Source of the DNA: Nitrospirota bacterium
GTDB taxonomy: Bacteria > Nitrospinota_A > UBA7883 > JACRGQ01
Direction of reading: 5' to 3'
DNA length: 64,000 bases
Assembly (NCBI GenBank): GCA_024275955.1
Contig: JAJRYD010000003.1
Location: 10,471 to 74,470, forward strand
Shown here: one piece after another, positions 1 to 9,866 of the stretch
How positions within the stretch are numbered: position 1 is the stretch's first letter
Layout: every line of letters begins with the position of its first letter
Translations under genes and position numbers: made by a program
Notes under the pieces: generated by a model
The model's input: only the letters and a program-made list of their open reading frames with translations
Database searches by the model: none
Told to the model about the DNA's origin: nothing

Positions 1-594
1 ATTTGCCGGAAAAGAAAGCCTAAGAGCTACCGATTTGGAACTGTTCGAATCTGTTCCTTCTCTTCCTTCACCGTTTACCACCGCTAGAGAAAGGTCGGTA
101 AACGCGAAACTTCTGTCGTATCTTATTCCGTAATCCCACTCCCGCCATCTTTTCATAGATACCGGCCTGTTTCTGTCCTCTATCGCAAGGGTGTTAAAAA
201 GCCCAAAAGGAACCTTAACGACACCAAACCTTAATGTAGCTCTCGCATCCATGAAACCGCTAAACTGCATATAAGCATCTTCCGGGTTGCCCTCTCTTCT
301 ATCGAAAGATGCCGGGGCCCTCGCGTGGTCGTTTACCGTTGGGCTGTATTCACCGCGAAACCTTATAAGCACATCGTCATACACAGCGTGCTGAACATCG
401 AGTTTAAGGTGTCCGGTAAAGGTAGTCTCTGCGCCGCTCCACCCTATTCCTCTGTCGTCGTAGAATACGAAATCGAGATAGCCGTTTATGCTGGTTTCGC
501 CCTTTGAAAGCTTTCCCTCGCCGGCAAAAGATGGAAAAACCGAAAGAGCTACAAAAAGGGAAGCGACCGATACGATAATTCTAAAAAACTTCAT
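1..594 (-). CDS. Outer-membrane beta-barrel/porin-like protein (runs off window edge)
   Basis: Not in ORF track; own translation from ATG at 594: MKFFRIIVSVASLFVALSVFPSFA signal peptide, then 'EDAYMQF...LRFGVVKVPFG...LAVVNGEG...DSNSSK', resembling OprO/P-type porins; ATGA overlap with upstream stop. Confidence 0.65.
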   Translation of the reverse strand, partial: MKFFRIIVSVASLFVALSVFPSFAGEGKLSKGETSINGYLDFVFYDDRGIGWSGAETTFTGHLKLDVQHAVYDDVLIRFRGEYSPTVNDHARAPASFDRREGNPEDAYMQFSGFMDARATLRFGVVKVPFGLFNTLAIEDRNRPVSMKRWREWDYGIRYDRSFAFTDLSLAVVNGEGREGTDSNSSKSVALRLSFPAN

Positions 595-1571
595 TTATTT
601 ATTTCCTCAAAAATTTTTCTTGCCGATATATTTTCCATACACCGGAAATCTACCGGACACTCACGTTTAAAACATGGGGCGCAATCGGCCTTTACTTTTA
701 TCACTTTCACGTTCGGCAAGCGTGGCGCTGTCCTTTTCGGGTCTGTAGAGCCAAAAAGCGCAATCACTCTTTTACCAACTGCGGCGGCAATATGCAAAGG
801 CCCGGAATCATTTGCCACTATACAGTCGCAAATATCAATTACCGCCGCCATCTGGCCTATTGATGTTTTCCCCGCGAGGTTTACTATCCCCGGGTCTATA
901 GACGATAGCTCGTCTCCAAGCTCCTTTTCTGAAGCTGTGCCGAACAGTACCGCGTTTCTTTTGTCCGCGGCTATTAATTTCAGTAACTCTTTCAGTTTTT
1001 CTGTCGGCCAGCATTTTGCGGAACCGTATTTCGCGCCGAGAGGGATACCGACAACTCTGTTTAATTTTCCAAGCTCGGCCGCGAACTGTCGCTCCTCTTC
1101 CAGAATTGGAAAGCCAATAACAGCAGACCTAGCCTTGCCATCGCCCCGAAACTTTAAAAGCTCCAGATAAAAATCGGTCATATGAAGACGGTAATCCCCT
1201 TCCACCGGATCGGTGAGAAAGAGAGACCGAAAGTTGCCGGAATAACCGAGACGCATAGGCGCTTTTGTTTTCAGCCCGTTCCACGCCGACCTAAGCGAGT
1301 TAGTAAACAGTATAAGCGCGTCTATACCGGCTGACGCCAGCATAGCGTGGGCAGAACCTTCGCTAGCCCTTGAAAAAGCCGATACCTCGTCTACAAAATT
1401 ATACCGGAGCCAAAAATCTTTTAGCTCTGAGCGCGCTAGAACTGTAAGTTTTTCCGGCTTAAAAATTTCGTTAACAGCTTTGACGGCAGGCGCGCACATC
1501 ACCGCGTCGCCGAGCCAGTTGGGAGACCTTACCGCGACATGCTTGATTTTTGAAATATCGACACGCTTCAA
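591..1571 (-). CDS. waaF: LPS heptosyltransferase II (GT9)
   Basis: PNWLGDAVM, GAKYGSAKCWP, NDSGPLHIAAA, FGSTDP motifs. Confidence 0.88.
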   Translation of the reverse strand: MKRVDISKIKHVAVRSPNWLGDAVMCAPAVKAVNEIFKPEKLTVLARSELKDFWLRYNFVDEVSAFSRASEGSAHAMLASAGIDALILFTNSLRSAWNGLKTKAPMRLGYSGNFRSLFLTDPVEGDYRLHMTDFYLELLKFRGDGKARSAVIGFPILEEERQFAAELGKLNRVVGIPLGAKYGSAKCWPTEKLKELLKLIAADKRNAVLFGTASEKELGDELSSIDPGIVNLAGKTSIGQMAAVIDICDCIVANDSGPLHIAAAVGKRVIALFGSTDPKRTAPRLPNVKVIKVKADCAPCFKRECPVDFRCMENISARKIFEEINK

Positions 1572-1582
1572 ACAATACCTCC

Positions 1583-2551
1583 CTATTTTATCCCGGAGAG
1601 GTCGGTTTTCATCCGCGCTTCTTCGGCAAATCTTTCCGATTCCGATATCTCTTTTTCATTCGGCTGTACAGACCATTTTCTATGCATCCATAACCATATC
1701 TCTGGATGTTTGCGCACAAACTCCGACTGAAGATCGGCTATCTTTTGCGTGAGAAGAAAGATATCCCGTTTGCTTTCTCCGGTCTGCTTAAACTCCAGCT
1801 CCGGAAGTATGTAGGCGTGGTGCGTGCCGTCGCCTTTTGGAAATGAGAATATCGGCACTATCGGCGCGCCTGTGCGGAAATGCAGAACCGCGGGAGATTT
1901 ATGGTTAGACGACCACCGCCCCAAAAACTTCACCCATACGCCGTTTGTAGATGCTTTTTGATCGGCGGTAAACGCTAGAATTTCGCCGTCTCTAAGCGCC
2001 TTTATCATCGAGTGCATCGCCTTTTCTTTTTTTACGATTTTAAGCCCGCAACTTTCGCGAATGCCGTCCATCTTTTTATCGAGAAACCTGTTGTCTACCT
2101 CGCGGATTACCCAGTGTACCGGCATACCTCTGGCGGCGATAGAGCCGGAGACCAGTTCGCCGTTGTATATATGCATCGAGGTAAGCATTGCCCCTTTTCC
2201 CTGTTTTAACGCTCTCTCTAGGTTTTCCCATCCTTCAACGGTAGCGTAGCTGTCGACGTTGCCTTTGTTCATGCCGCCCATCCAGCAAAACTCGACATAC
2301 ATCCATACCATACTGATGACAGAGCGAACGCCTATATCTTCCATACGTTCCTCCGGCATACTTTTAAAAACGGAGCGAAGGTTATCAAGAGCTATACGGC
2401 GTCTTCTTTTATTTAGTTTCCAGAAAAGTTTTGCGAGTAACTCCCAGAGGGTATAGACCATCTTTCTTGGGGCGAAACGGTTAAACTCCATAACCGGAGC
2501 GGCGGCTATGTAAATGATGAACTCTTTTAGCGCGGAGCGTTTCCTGCTCAC
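1583..2551 (-). CDS. lpxL: Lipid A late acyltransferase (LpxL/HtrB family)
   Basis: HxxxxE (HIYNGE), DQ, WLWMHRKW motifs; next to waaF. Confidence 0.8.
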   Translation of the reverse strand: MSRKRSALKEFIIYIAAAPVMEFNRFAPRKMVYTLWELLAKLFWKLNKRRRRIALDNLRSVFKSMPEERMEDIGVRSVISMVWMYVEFCWMGGMNKGNVDSYATVEGWENLERALKQGKGAMLTSMHIYNGELVSGSIAARGMPVHWVIREVDNRFLDKKMDGIRESCGLKIVKKEKAMHSMIKALRDGEILAFTADQKASTNGVWVKFLGRWSSNHKSPAVLHFRTGAPIVPIFSFPKGDGTHHAYILPELEFKQTGESKRDIFLLTQKIADLQSEFVRKHPEIWLWMHRKWSVQPNEKEISESERFAEEARMKTDLSGIK

Positions 2552-3162
2552 TGTCCGTTTATTCTCCCCGTAAAATTTTTGAGCATACGCAGTCCCACAT
2601 CTTGGCTTTTTTCCGGGTGAAACTGCGTCGCAAAAATATTTCCCTTCCCGATAGAGGAAACAAACATACCGCCGTAGTCTGTTCTCGAAGTGATTATAGC
2701 TTCTTCCTCCGGCTCTACATAATACGAGTGTACAAAATAGAAGTTCGCGTTATTTTCTATTCCTTTAAACATCGGAGATTCTTTTTCGACGACCGCTCCG
2801 TTCCATCCGATGTGCGGCACCTTAAGCGTTCCTTTGGGGAACTTTTTCACTTTGCCTTTAACGATACCGAGTCCTTTGCACCCGCCAAACTCCACGCTCT
2901 CTTCAAAAAGAAGCTGAAGGCCAAGACAGATGCCGAAAAACGGTTTACCGCTTTCGACAAATTTATGAATAGGCTCTATCAGCCGATACTTTTGGAGGTT
3001 CTCCATGCAGACGGCAAAAGCACCGACACCGGGCAAGACTACGGCACAAGCGGAGGTTATCTCCCGAGGGTCGCGCGTAATGACCGCGCTTGAGCCTACC
3101 TTTTCAAAAGCTTTTTGGACACTTCTAAGGTTGCCCATATCGTAATCAATTATAGCTATCAT
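2548..3162 (-). CDS. hisH: Imidazole glycerol phosphate synthase glutaminase subunit
   Basis: DYDMGNLRSV, PGVGAF, GICLG, QFHPEKS. Confidence 0.97.
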   Translation of the reverse strand: MIAIIDYDMGNLRSVQKAFEKVGSSAVITRDPREITSACAVVLPGVGAFAVCMENLQKYRLIEPIHKFVESGKPFFGICLGLQLLFEESVEFGGCKGLGIVKGKVKKFPKGTLKVPHIGWNGAVVEKESPMFKGIENNANFYFVHSYYVEPEEEAIITSRTDYGGMFVSSIGKGNIFATQFHPEKSQDVGLRMLKNFTGRINGQ

Positions 3163-3204
3163 CGGTTTGCCGAATTTAGTTTCGGGTGTTAAACGTGGTT
3201 GAAG

Positions 3205-3798
3205 TTATAAACTGCCTTTGGTGGAAACAGGAACTCCGACAGCCCTTGTTTCCGGCATTGTCGCTATGTCAAGCGCCCTTGCCAACGCCTTAAAAATCGT
3301 CTCGGCGATATGGTGCAGGTTACTGCCATACAGCACGTTGACATGCAGTGTTATTCCGGCGTTATTTGAAAAGGCATGAAAAAATTCTTCGATAAGCTCC
3401 GCGTCGAACTCGCCTATCTTTCCTTTAAGGCTGTGCGAATTGAAAACAAGAAACGGTCTGCCGGAAAAATCTACCGTAACGGACGAAAGCGCTTCATTAA
3501 GCGGAATCACGGCGTTGCCGTATCTTTTGATGCCTTTCTTCTCGCCAAGAGCTTTGGCAAACGCCTGCCCAAGAGCTATGCCGCAATCTTCCACCGTGTG
3601 ATGAAAGTCTACCTCGGTATCGCCGTCCGCCTTGAGTTCTATATCAAAAAAACCATGTACCGATATCTGGTTCAGCATATGATCGAAAAACGGTATAGAT
3701 GTCTCTATTTCCGATTTGCCGGTACCGTTTATGACAAGACTGACGGAAATTTCTGTCTCTTTTGTTTTTCTCTCTACTGTTGCTTTTCCCATAGCCAC
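3205..3798 (-). CDS. hisB: Imidazoleglycerol-phosphate dehydratase
   Basis: RKTKET, FFDHML, HHTVED, NLHHIAE, STKGSL; alternative ATG at 3792. Confidence 0.97.
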   Translation of the reverse strand: MAMGKATVERKTKETEISVSLVINGTGKSEIETSIPFFDHMLNQISVHGFFDIELKADGDTEVDFHHTVEDCGIALGQAFAKALGEKKGIKRYGNAVIPLNEALSSVTVDFSGRPFLVFNSHSLKGKIGEFDAELIEEFFHAFSNNAGITLHVNVLYGSNLHHIAETIFKALARALDIATMPETRAVGVPVSTKGSL

Positions 3799-3893
3799 AC
3801 ATAATATCGCTTTTCCGGCCTATTTAGAAGAACAAAGGCTTTTAGGTAGTGTATCAGTTTGAATTGCCAAAGATTTCCCCTCCTTGCCATAGC

Positions 3894-3949
3894 GGGGCTG
3901 TTGCCGAATGGCACAAATTCGATTTTGCTACAAATCGACAATCTCTAAA
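3894..3949 (+). mobile_element. MITE family A, left-half fragment abutting the next copy
   Basis: GGGGCTGTTGCCGAATG...AATCTCTAAA matches the first ~56 bp of the other copies. Confidence 0.8.
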
Positions 3950-4079
3950 GGGGCTGTTGCCGAATGAGATAAATTTGATTTTTCCACAAATCGCCAATCT
4001 CTAAAACCTCTCTTTTAAAGAAGTTAGAAAATAAATTTCCCTTTTCAATGCTCAAAAAAACTCTTTTGGGAACAGTCCC
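3950..4079 (+). mobile_element. MITE family A, full copy (no TSD seen)
   Basis: Ends GGGGCTGTT / AACAGTCCC; nearly identical to 4523-4651. Confidence 0.88.
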
Positions 4080-4121
4080 TTTATCTATTTTAACCAAAAG
4101 CTAAAAAAAAGGAGCTGGCGT

Positions 4122-4514
4122 TTAGCTCCCTGTAGTAAAGCTCCATGCTATGCGGGAAAGGCTGTTGCCTGCCCTATCGGTGATAGTATCGCTAAGCGTT
4201 GCGGTATAAGTTGTGTTCGCCGTTAGGTTAGAGTCGATGGTGAATACCGCTTTCTTTTCGTCGGAGCTATACGAAACGGTTCCGGTCACGCCGTTATTTA
4301 GGCTAAACGAAGCGGCGGAAACTGTGGCGGCATCGAGCTGTTCCGAAAAGGTGGCGGTAATATCGAGACTAAGCGCCGTACCTGTTGCCAGATTTTCCGG
4401 AAATGTAGAAACAACGCTAGGGCTTTTAGTGTCGGAGCTTACGGTCAAGGTAAAGTTTCCGCATGAAACGGCAGTTAAAACAGAGAAAACCCCGAACAAA
4501 ACAAGTTTACGCAT
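4122..4514 (-). CDS. Ig-like (Big_5/SbsA-type) domain lipoprotein
   Basis: Start moved to ATG 4514 (MRKLVLFG...TAVSC lipobox); 'PSVVSTFP..ITATFSE..TYTATLS..ITDRAGN..WSFTT' Big_5 pattern; the longer 4628 start lies inside a MITE. Confidence 0.8.
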   Translation of the reverse strand: MRKLVLFGVFSVLTAVSCGNFTLTVSSDTKSPSVVSTFPENLATGTALSLDITATFSEQLDAATVSAASFSLNNGVTGTVSYSSDEKKAVFTIDSNLTANTTYTATLSDTITDRAGNSLSRIAWSFTTGS

Positions 4515-4522
4515 CACAAAAT

Positions 4523-4651
4523 GGGGCTGTTGCCGAATGGGATAAATTCGATTTTTCCGCAAATCGCCAATCTCTAAAACCTCTCTTTTAAAGAAGTTAG
4601 AAAATAAATTTCCCTTTTCAATGCTCAAAAAACTCTTTTGGAAACAGTCCC
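4523..4651 (+). mobile_element. MITE family A, full copy, TSD AAAAT
   Basis: TIR ends; AAAAT at 4518-4522 and 4652-4656. Confidence 0.92.
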
Positions 4652-4703
4652 AAAATATACTTTCGTTTTATTTTTTTTAAAGAGGTAAAATTTTATCGTC
4701 TCT

Positions 4704-6584
4704 TTACAGTTGTTCTTTTGGCAGATAAAGTTTTATCGTTTCTCTTCCGCTTTTTCCGGTTACAGCTATCGAAGCCGAGCCGCTCTTTTTAAACTTTTTC
4801 ATATTTGAACCGCTAAAGATTTTTTTTATTCTTCTTTTACCGTGCCATATCTTCGAGTCGTTTTTCCCTTTATGAAAAACGATAAGATGGGCGCTAAGCA
4901 GATTAGGCAGTTTACCTACATCGACACCGGCTCTGGCAAGCTCGGCCCTAAACGCCGGGTACACAACACGAGGAGCTGTAGAAAGCCGTGAAAGAACTAC
5001 AACGGTTCCTTTTTTAAGCTTTCCTATTTCTCCGCTCAGCTTTTTACTGCCTGCCATGTTTTGGTTTTCATCAGGATAAAATCGTCCGTTCACCTCGTCG
5101 TTTTCCGCGAAAAGCGCCAGATAGCCTTCCTCTGTATGCGCATTTTTAGAAAAATTCTTGCGCCATACAATACGGCTCTCCGCCTCTATATGGCTTTCCA
5201 GATATACGTTTTCGTAAATAACCTGATGCAGTTTTGGCGACGACTCGGCTATGAGGGTTTCACCCTCGTCAACCTTCCATTTTTGAAAATCGGCTGGATG
5301 AAAAAATCCGACTCCACCTTCTTTTAAAAGAGCGCCTATTTCATAATATGTAAACTGCGGAAGCTCCGCTAGAAGCTCCGGCTCGAGCAGTTGCGAGAGT
5401 TTTATCTTTTTTCTTTTTTTAAGTTTTTCTATGCTTTTGTCAAACTGTTTCGTCTGCTCGAAGATGTTTTTATAAACATCATACGCCTCCCTATACATTT
5501 CGGCATTTACAAGCCCCCTTGCCAGCAGAATGGCGGTTTTCTTTTTTAGCTTTTTACACTGTTTGCAGTTTAAGCTCAAAAACTGCTTCGGCAAGCCGGC
5601 CTTGCTCTTTACGATGGAGGATATTTCCAGCAGGCGGACGTAGTACTTCACCGCTTTTTGCAGATCGCCAGCTTTTATAGATGCAGAAACAACTCCAGAG
5701 AGAGCCTCCTTACTGCCGGGGTTGATACCATGCGCGCCGATGTAGCTCTTACTCGCCGCTTTATAATCGCCTGCCACTTCGTACCAGTGGGCGGTTTTCA
5801 TGTAAGAGGTGTACCAGCCGGTGTATGTCCGCCTGCCGAGAAGCGCTCTATCTATATGCTTTAGAGACAAACCATTATCGTCAATTTTCTTTTCGCGGAT
5901 TTTGAGCGCCGCGTTGTAAGGGTCTATCACCAACGCTCTTTCTATAAGCTGATGTTTGATTGATTCGTCTTCGAACTGTTCTACCTTTTCAAGGTACGAC
6001 TCGGCTAGTTCTTTAAGGTTTACGCTGTATCGAAACTCTGGAATGTAGCTTCTAGCTTCTGCTCTTTGCTCCGCGCCGGAGAGATGCACAAGGTATCTAA
6101 TATCCCACTCCAAAGCCCATACCCCGTCAACTTTTCTCCAAAACTCTTCCTGTATGGAGCTTATCGTTACCTGAGGCATCGGAGGCGGAAGAGGCTGTAC
6201 AACTTCGGATGAGACTTCTGCGAAGTTTCTGCCGGCGTTAAGCTTTATGTTTATTATCTTGTAGGCAAGATGAGTCGGCACATACCGTTTATTTAACAGT
6301 TCCTCCATAGCTCCGCCTCTTGTAGTCTCTGGAAGAAGAACGCCGTTGGGAAGATGCGGCTGAAGGATAAACTGCTTTAATGAAATTATTGATTTCAGCC
6401 TCGGTGAGAGGAAAGAGTATATTTTTTCCCAATCGTTGGCTATCTTAGCTTCAAAAAAATCTCTCTGCCTTTCAACAAGCTTTAAAACTTCCCTTCTCTC
6501 CTTTTTGGTGAGCTCCACAGCTAAGACCAGAGGAGAGGCTAAGTGGAAAAACAGCAGAAATAAAACAACGCTCTTTTTTATCAT
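4704..6584 (-). CDS. Secreted multidomain protein: NTF2-like N-terminus, TPR-like middle, degenerate ILEI/GG-like C-terminus
   Basis: Signal peptide; 'FFEAKIANDWEKIYSFLSP..FWRKVDGVW'; TPR-like 'GDLQKAVKYYVRLLE'; 'LSGEIGKLKKGTVVVLS..ELARAG..SAHLIVFHKG' resembles ILEI. Confidence 0.55.
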   Translation of the reverse strand: MIKKSVVLFLLFFHLASPLVLAVELTKKERREVLKLVERQRDFFEAKIANDWEKIYSFLSPRLKSIISLKQFILQPHLPNGVLLPETTRGGAMEELLNKRYVPTHLAYKIINIKLNAGRNFAEVSSEVVQPLPPPMPQVTISSIQEEFWRKVDGVWALEWDIRYLVHLSGAEQRAEARSYIPEFRYSVNLKELAESYLEKVEQFEDESIKHQLIERALVIDPYNAALKIREKKIDDNGLSLKHIDRALLGRRTYTGWYTSYMKTAHWYEVAGDYKAASKSYIGAHGINPGSKEALSGVVSASIKAGDLQKAVKYYVRLLEISSIVKSKAGLPKQFLSLNCKQCKKLKKKTAILLARGLVNAEMYREAYDVYKNIFEQTKQFDKSIEKLKKRKKIKLSQLLEPELLAELPQFTYYEIGALLKEGGVGFFHPADFQKWKVDEGETLIAESSPKLHQVIYENVYLESHIEAESRIVWRKNFSKNAHTEEGYLALFAENDEVNGRFYPDENQNMAGSKKLSGEIGKLKKGTVVVLSRLSTAPRVVYPAFRAELARAGVDVGKLPNLLSAHLIVFHKGKNDSKIWHGKRRIKKIFSGSNMKKFKKSGSASIAVTGKSGRETIKLYLPKEQL

Positions 6585-8062
6585 TTAAGCTTCCATATTT
6601 GATAATAGGCAATATTATCTGAATAACTATAATTTTTCGTAACCCAGTTTATCAGCAAAGGGGCGTAATGCTTTAAAGAACGTTCTTTTTTATTGTCTAT
6701 TTCTATATCGACAAGAACGACTATTCGCGGCAGTGCCTCGCTTAGCTGTTTTACCAGCTCCTTTTCCTGCGTAGAATCCTTCAGTGTGCCGGGCAGTATC
6801 CAGTCGTAATAGGTCGGGTTGTCTATACCGGCAAGGTAGTAAAAAATAGGGCCAAGAGGCGCGACGAATATCGTTTCACCTTCTTTTGTTTCGTTTTCCA
6901 GCCTAGAGGTCAGCTCCGAAACAATTCGCGCGTCCAACTCGGTAAGGTGTATCGCTTTGGCTTTGCCGTCGTTCATTCTCGCTGTCGTCTGCTTTACCGC
7001 CCCTACAGAGCCGACATAGAACCCCTTTACCATATTAAAATCTGCCAAATACAAGACGAAAACAGCCAGAAATACTGTTTCTGCCAAAGCCTTTAGGTGA
7101 GTTTTTTCGATTTTCTCTAGTACGCGGTAGGCAAGAAACGGGGCGACAATAAAAAAAAGCGGAAGGCACCGCACCAAGTTGTCGAAGCCGGCCCTTGTGG
7201 TGACAAGCGCCATGGCGCAAAACTGCAGGTACGAGAGTATCATGAGTCCCGTCCGCTTAACCCCCTCGTCCATTTTAAACGCTACGGCAAAGACTATAGG
7301 GGCCGAGATAAACGGCAGGTAAAAAAGGATATTCTCCAGAAACGCAAAAAAATCGAACTCCCTTCCCTGATAACCTTCAAAAATGGGCGGGAAACTATTC
7401 CCCCAGAGAAAAAGATCGTTCCGCATATGGAAAATAAGCTGGTCGCCATGCTTGCCGAAAAGAAAGAGACCTAATCCTACAGCGGCAAACAGTGTTATCG
7501 CCGGCAATTTCCATCTTCCGCCGTAATCCCGCCAGACAAGATAGGCATAGACCGGCAAAAAGAAGATTAGCGTTTCGGTGCGAAAGAGATAAGCGATAAA
7601 CGCCCCTGCCAAAACCAAGCCGATGTTGCGCCTGCTTTCAAGAAATGCCAGAACCGCCCAGATGTTAAAGAGAAAAACAAAGCCGTAGAACCTTTGGTAG
7701 TAGACAGCCGGAGCTGAAAGGATAAGAAGTGTCGCGGCGACAGCGAATGGAGCCGGCATTAACCTTCTTGAAATCTGAAAAGCAAGCAGAGGGAAAAAAG
7801 CTGTCAAGACTGCCAGCGACCTTCTAACGTCGACCATGTCGGAACCGACAAACCTATATATCAGTTCCACCAGCAGGTAGCGCCCTTGCGTGTACCCGAA
7901 GAAATCTGTCATTACCGATTGGCCGTTGAGGTACCTGACACCTCCGTAATAAATACCACCCTCGTCCCAAAGGTTGATACCGTAGCGGCAAAATGAAAGA
8001 TAATAGACGGCAGATAGAAAAAAGATTACCGTTCCGATAAAAAACGGCCTGCGGTAAATCAT
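6581..8062 (-). CDS. Polytopic GT-C fold glycosyltransferase (ArnT/PMT-like)
   Basis: 'NLWDEG' acidic motif after TM1, about 10 or more hydrophobic segments, soluble C-terminal domain with 'FYYLAG'. Confidence 0.7.
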   Translation of the reverse strand: MIYRRPFFIGTVIFFLSAVYYLSFCRYGINLWDEGGIYYGGVRYLNGQSVMTDFFGYTQGRYLLVELIYRFVGSDMVDVRRSLAVLTAFFPLLAFQISRRLMPAPFAVAATLLILSAPAVYYQRFYGFVFLFNIWAVLAFLESRRNIGLVLAGAFIAYLFRTETLIFFLPVYAYLVWRDYGGRWKLPAITLFAAVGLGLFLFGKHGDQLIFHMRNDLFLWGNSFPPIFEGYQGREFDFFAFLENILFYLPFISAPIVFAVAFKMDEGVKRTGLMILSYLQFCAMALVTTRAGFDNLVRCLPLFFIVAPFLAYRVLEKIEKTHLKALAETVFLAVFVLYLADFNMVKGFYVGSVGAVKQTTARMNDGKAKAIHLTELDARIVSELTSRLENETKEGETIFVAPLGPIFYYLAGIDNPTYYDWILPGTLKDSTQEKELVKQLSEALPRIVVLVDIEIDNKKERSLKHYAPLLINWVTKNYSYSDNIAYYQIWKLK

Positions 8063-8078
8063 CCGGCCTTTTTCCGGT

Positions 8079-9350
8079 TCAGTTTTTCAATAACTTTTTT
8101 GCCTTTTTCCCGGATTCTGAATCGGGAGAAAGCTTTACCGTGGTCTCATACTCTTTGCGGGCTTCTTTCTTGTTGCCTTTCTTTGAGAGTATATTTCCTT
8201 TAAGGAGGTGTAGGTCTACAAGGCCCTCTACCGCCGACTGGTCGAGCATCGCCATAGCTTTTTCGGTAAACTCTATGGAGGCCTCAAGGTCGCCTTTCGC
8301 GTAGTGTACCTTTGCTAGGTAGTAATAGTAGCTCGGCTTTTCTGCCGGCGCTTTTTTAACCCCGTCGTTGAGTACTTTAACCGCCTCGGCGTAGTTAGAG
8401 GAAGATTGCATGCTTGCATCGGCAAAGCCAGCCCTCGCTTTTGAAAAGGCAGGATTGATCTTAAACGACTTGCCAAAATGCTCAAACGCTTTTTCGTAGT
8501 TTCCCTTCTTCAGGTAATACTCTCCAAACCAGAAATGGGTAAACTCGTTTTCGGCATTCATCTGGTTTGATTTTTCAAGGTAAGGAAAGGCATCGTCCAG
8601 TCTGCCTGTAATCATCATCAGCTGGCCCAGGCTCAGATATACATAAGGGTTTTCTTTATCTAGCGATATTGATTTAAGGTAGCTTTGCTCCGCCATATCC
8701 CATATTTTCTGCTCATCAGCCCACCGGCCGTAATAGTTGTAAGCCATAGCACTCTTAGGGTTTATCGCGAGTGCTTTATCTAACGCTTCTTTTGCCTCCG
8801 GGTAATTCTCGTTTCTTGTAAGAATAACCGCGAGGCTTTCCCATGCCTGCCCAGAGCCGGACTGAAGCTCTGTCCATCTTGTCGCGCGGTTGACAGCCTT
8901 TTCCAGCAGACCGATTTTCGGATATATGTCGGAAAGTATTTTATAGTTTAAAGCGAAGTTCGGCTCCTTTTTAGCAGAAAGTTCAAAAAGCTCTACCGCC
9001 TTTTTAAGGTCTTTTTTGTGATAATAAATAACCGCTTTCCAGTGATCCAACAGGTATCTGTCACTCTTCGAGATTATCGGCTCCAGCTGGTTTAGGACGG
9101 TGAAAGCTCCGTCAAACTTTTCGAGCCGTGCCAGTGTTTCGGCCTTTAGAAAATGAGCCGGTAAATTCCGCTCAAATAGTTCTATCGCCGTTTCGGCCTC
9201 CTTGAGAGCTTTTCCCATCTGGCCGGCGTTTAGATACTCTTTGGCTATTTCAAAATGAATCTCGGAATCGAACTGTTTTTTCTCTAAAGAACCTGTACAG
9301 CCCAAAAAAAAGAGCGGGAGCAAAAGGGCAAGAATCATCCTTAACTTCAT
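8079..9350 (-). CDS. TPR-repeat lipoprotein
   Basis: FFLGC lipobox; many TPR units (e.g. AKEALDKALAINPKSAMAYNYYG). Confidence 0.85.
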   Translation of the reverse strand: MKLRMILALLLPLFFLGCTGSLEKKQFDSEIHFEIAKEYLNAGQMGKALKEAETAIELFERNLPAHFLKAETLARLEKFDGAFTVLNQLEPIISKSDRYLLDHWKAVIYYHKKDLKKAVELFELSAKKEPNFALNYKILSDIYPKIGLLEKAVNRATRWTELQSGSGQAWESLAVILTRNENYPEAKEALDKALAINPKSAMAYNYYGRWADEQKIWDMAEQSYLKSISLDKENPYVYLSLGQLMMITGRLDDAFPYLEKSNQMNAENEFTHFWFGEYYLKKGNYEKAFEHFGKSFKINPAFSKARAGFADASMQSSSNYAEAVKVLNDGVKKAPAEKPSYYYYLAKVHYAKGDLEASIEFTEKAMAMLDQSAVEGLVDLHLLKGNILSKKGNKKEARKEYETTVKLSPDSESGKKAKKLLKN

Positions 9351-9367
9351 ACTGTCTAGGATAATAC

Positions 9368-9398
9368 AAAAAAACCCCCGGCTTTTACAAGCCGGGGG
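9368..9398 (-). terminator. Rho-independent terminator
   Basis: CCCCCGGCTT-x-AAGCCGGGGG stem followed by 7 T on the minus strand, ~30 nt after the 9429 stop. Confidence 0.85.
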
Positions 9399-9428
9399 CC
9401 TAATATCGAACTAAACTATACGATAGCT

Positions 9429-9866
9429 TTAGTTGGTACTTTCTCCATGAGAGAAGTTAAACCCGCCACTATATGTAGACTCGAAAAGAGTAGTAAAACC
9501 ACGAACCGTCGTAGGTTTAATATCTACCCAGCCACGTCTGTTATTGGTGTCGGTGGTATCGTCGCCGCCGGTAGTACCATTAAAGACTGTGGAAGCTACG
9601 TTACCGAGATTACCGAGGTTGAAAAACCAACCGCCGTTACTCACGATAGTCTTGGTGGTAGAGCCTAATGCTGTACCGTCCCACCTGTAAAAAGTTACTG
9701 TAGTAGCCACACTTCCGCCAGAATCGTTGTTTACCCATACATAGGTATTCCAAGTGGTAGCTGTACTACCGCACGAACCACAACCAAACCAGTAGCCTTT
9801 GTCCGCGTGGGCACTCCCCGCAGAAACGAGTAGCATCGCAACAGTTGCTAAAAGAAATTTTTTCAT
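9429..9866 (-). CDS. Small secreted Thr/Gly/Asn-rich beta protein, unknown function
   Basis: AGGAGG SD, ATG 9866, Sec signal ending AHA; own terminator; alternative in-frame TTG at 9932. Confidence 0.85.
   Translation of the reverse strand: MKKFLLATVAMLLVSAGSAHADKGYWFGCGSCGSTATTWNTYVWVNNDSGGSVATTVTFYRWDGTALGSTTKTIVSNGGWFFNLGNLGNVASTVFNGTTGGDDTTDTNNRRGWVDIKPTTVRGFTTLFESTYSGGFNFSHGESTN

Noticed and set aside
4515-4628. N-terminal extension MSIEKGNLF... of the Ig lipoprotein as the native start
   Set aside because: Encoded by the MITE; the lipoprotein signal begins at ATG 4514
9770-9790. Heme c site in the small secreted protein (CGSCG)
   Set aside because: CxxC is not followed by His
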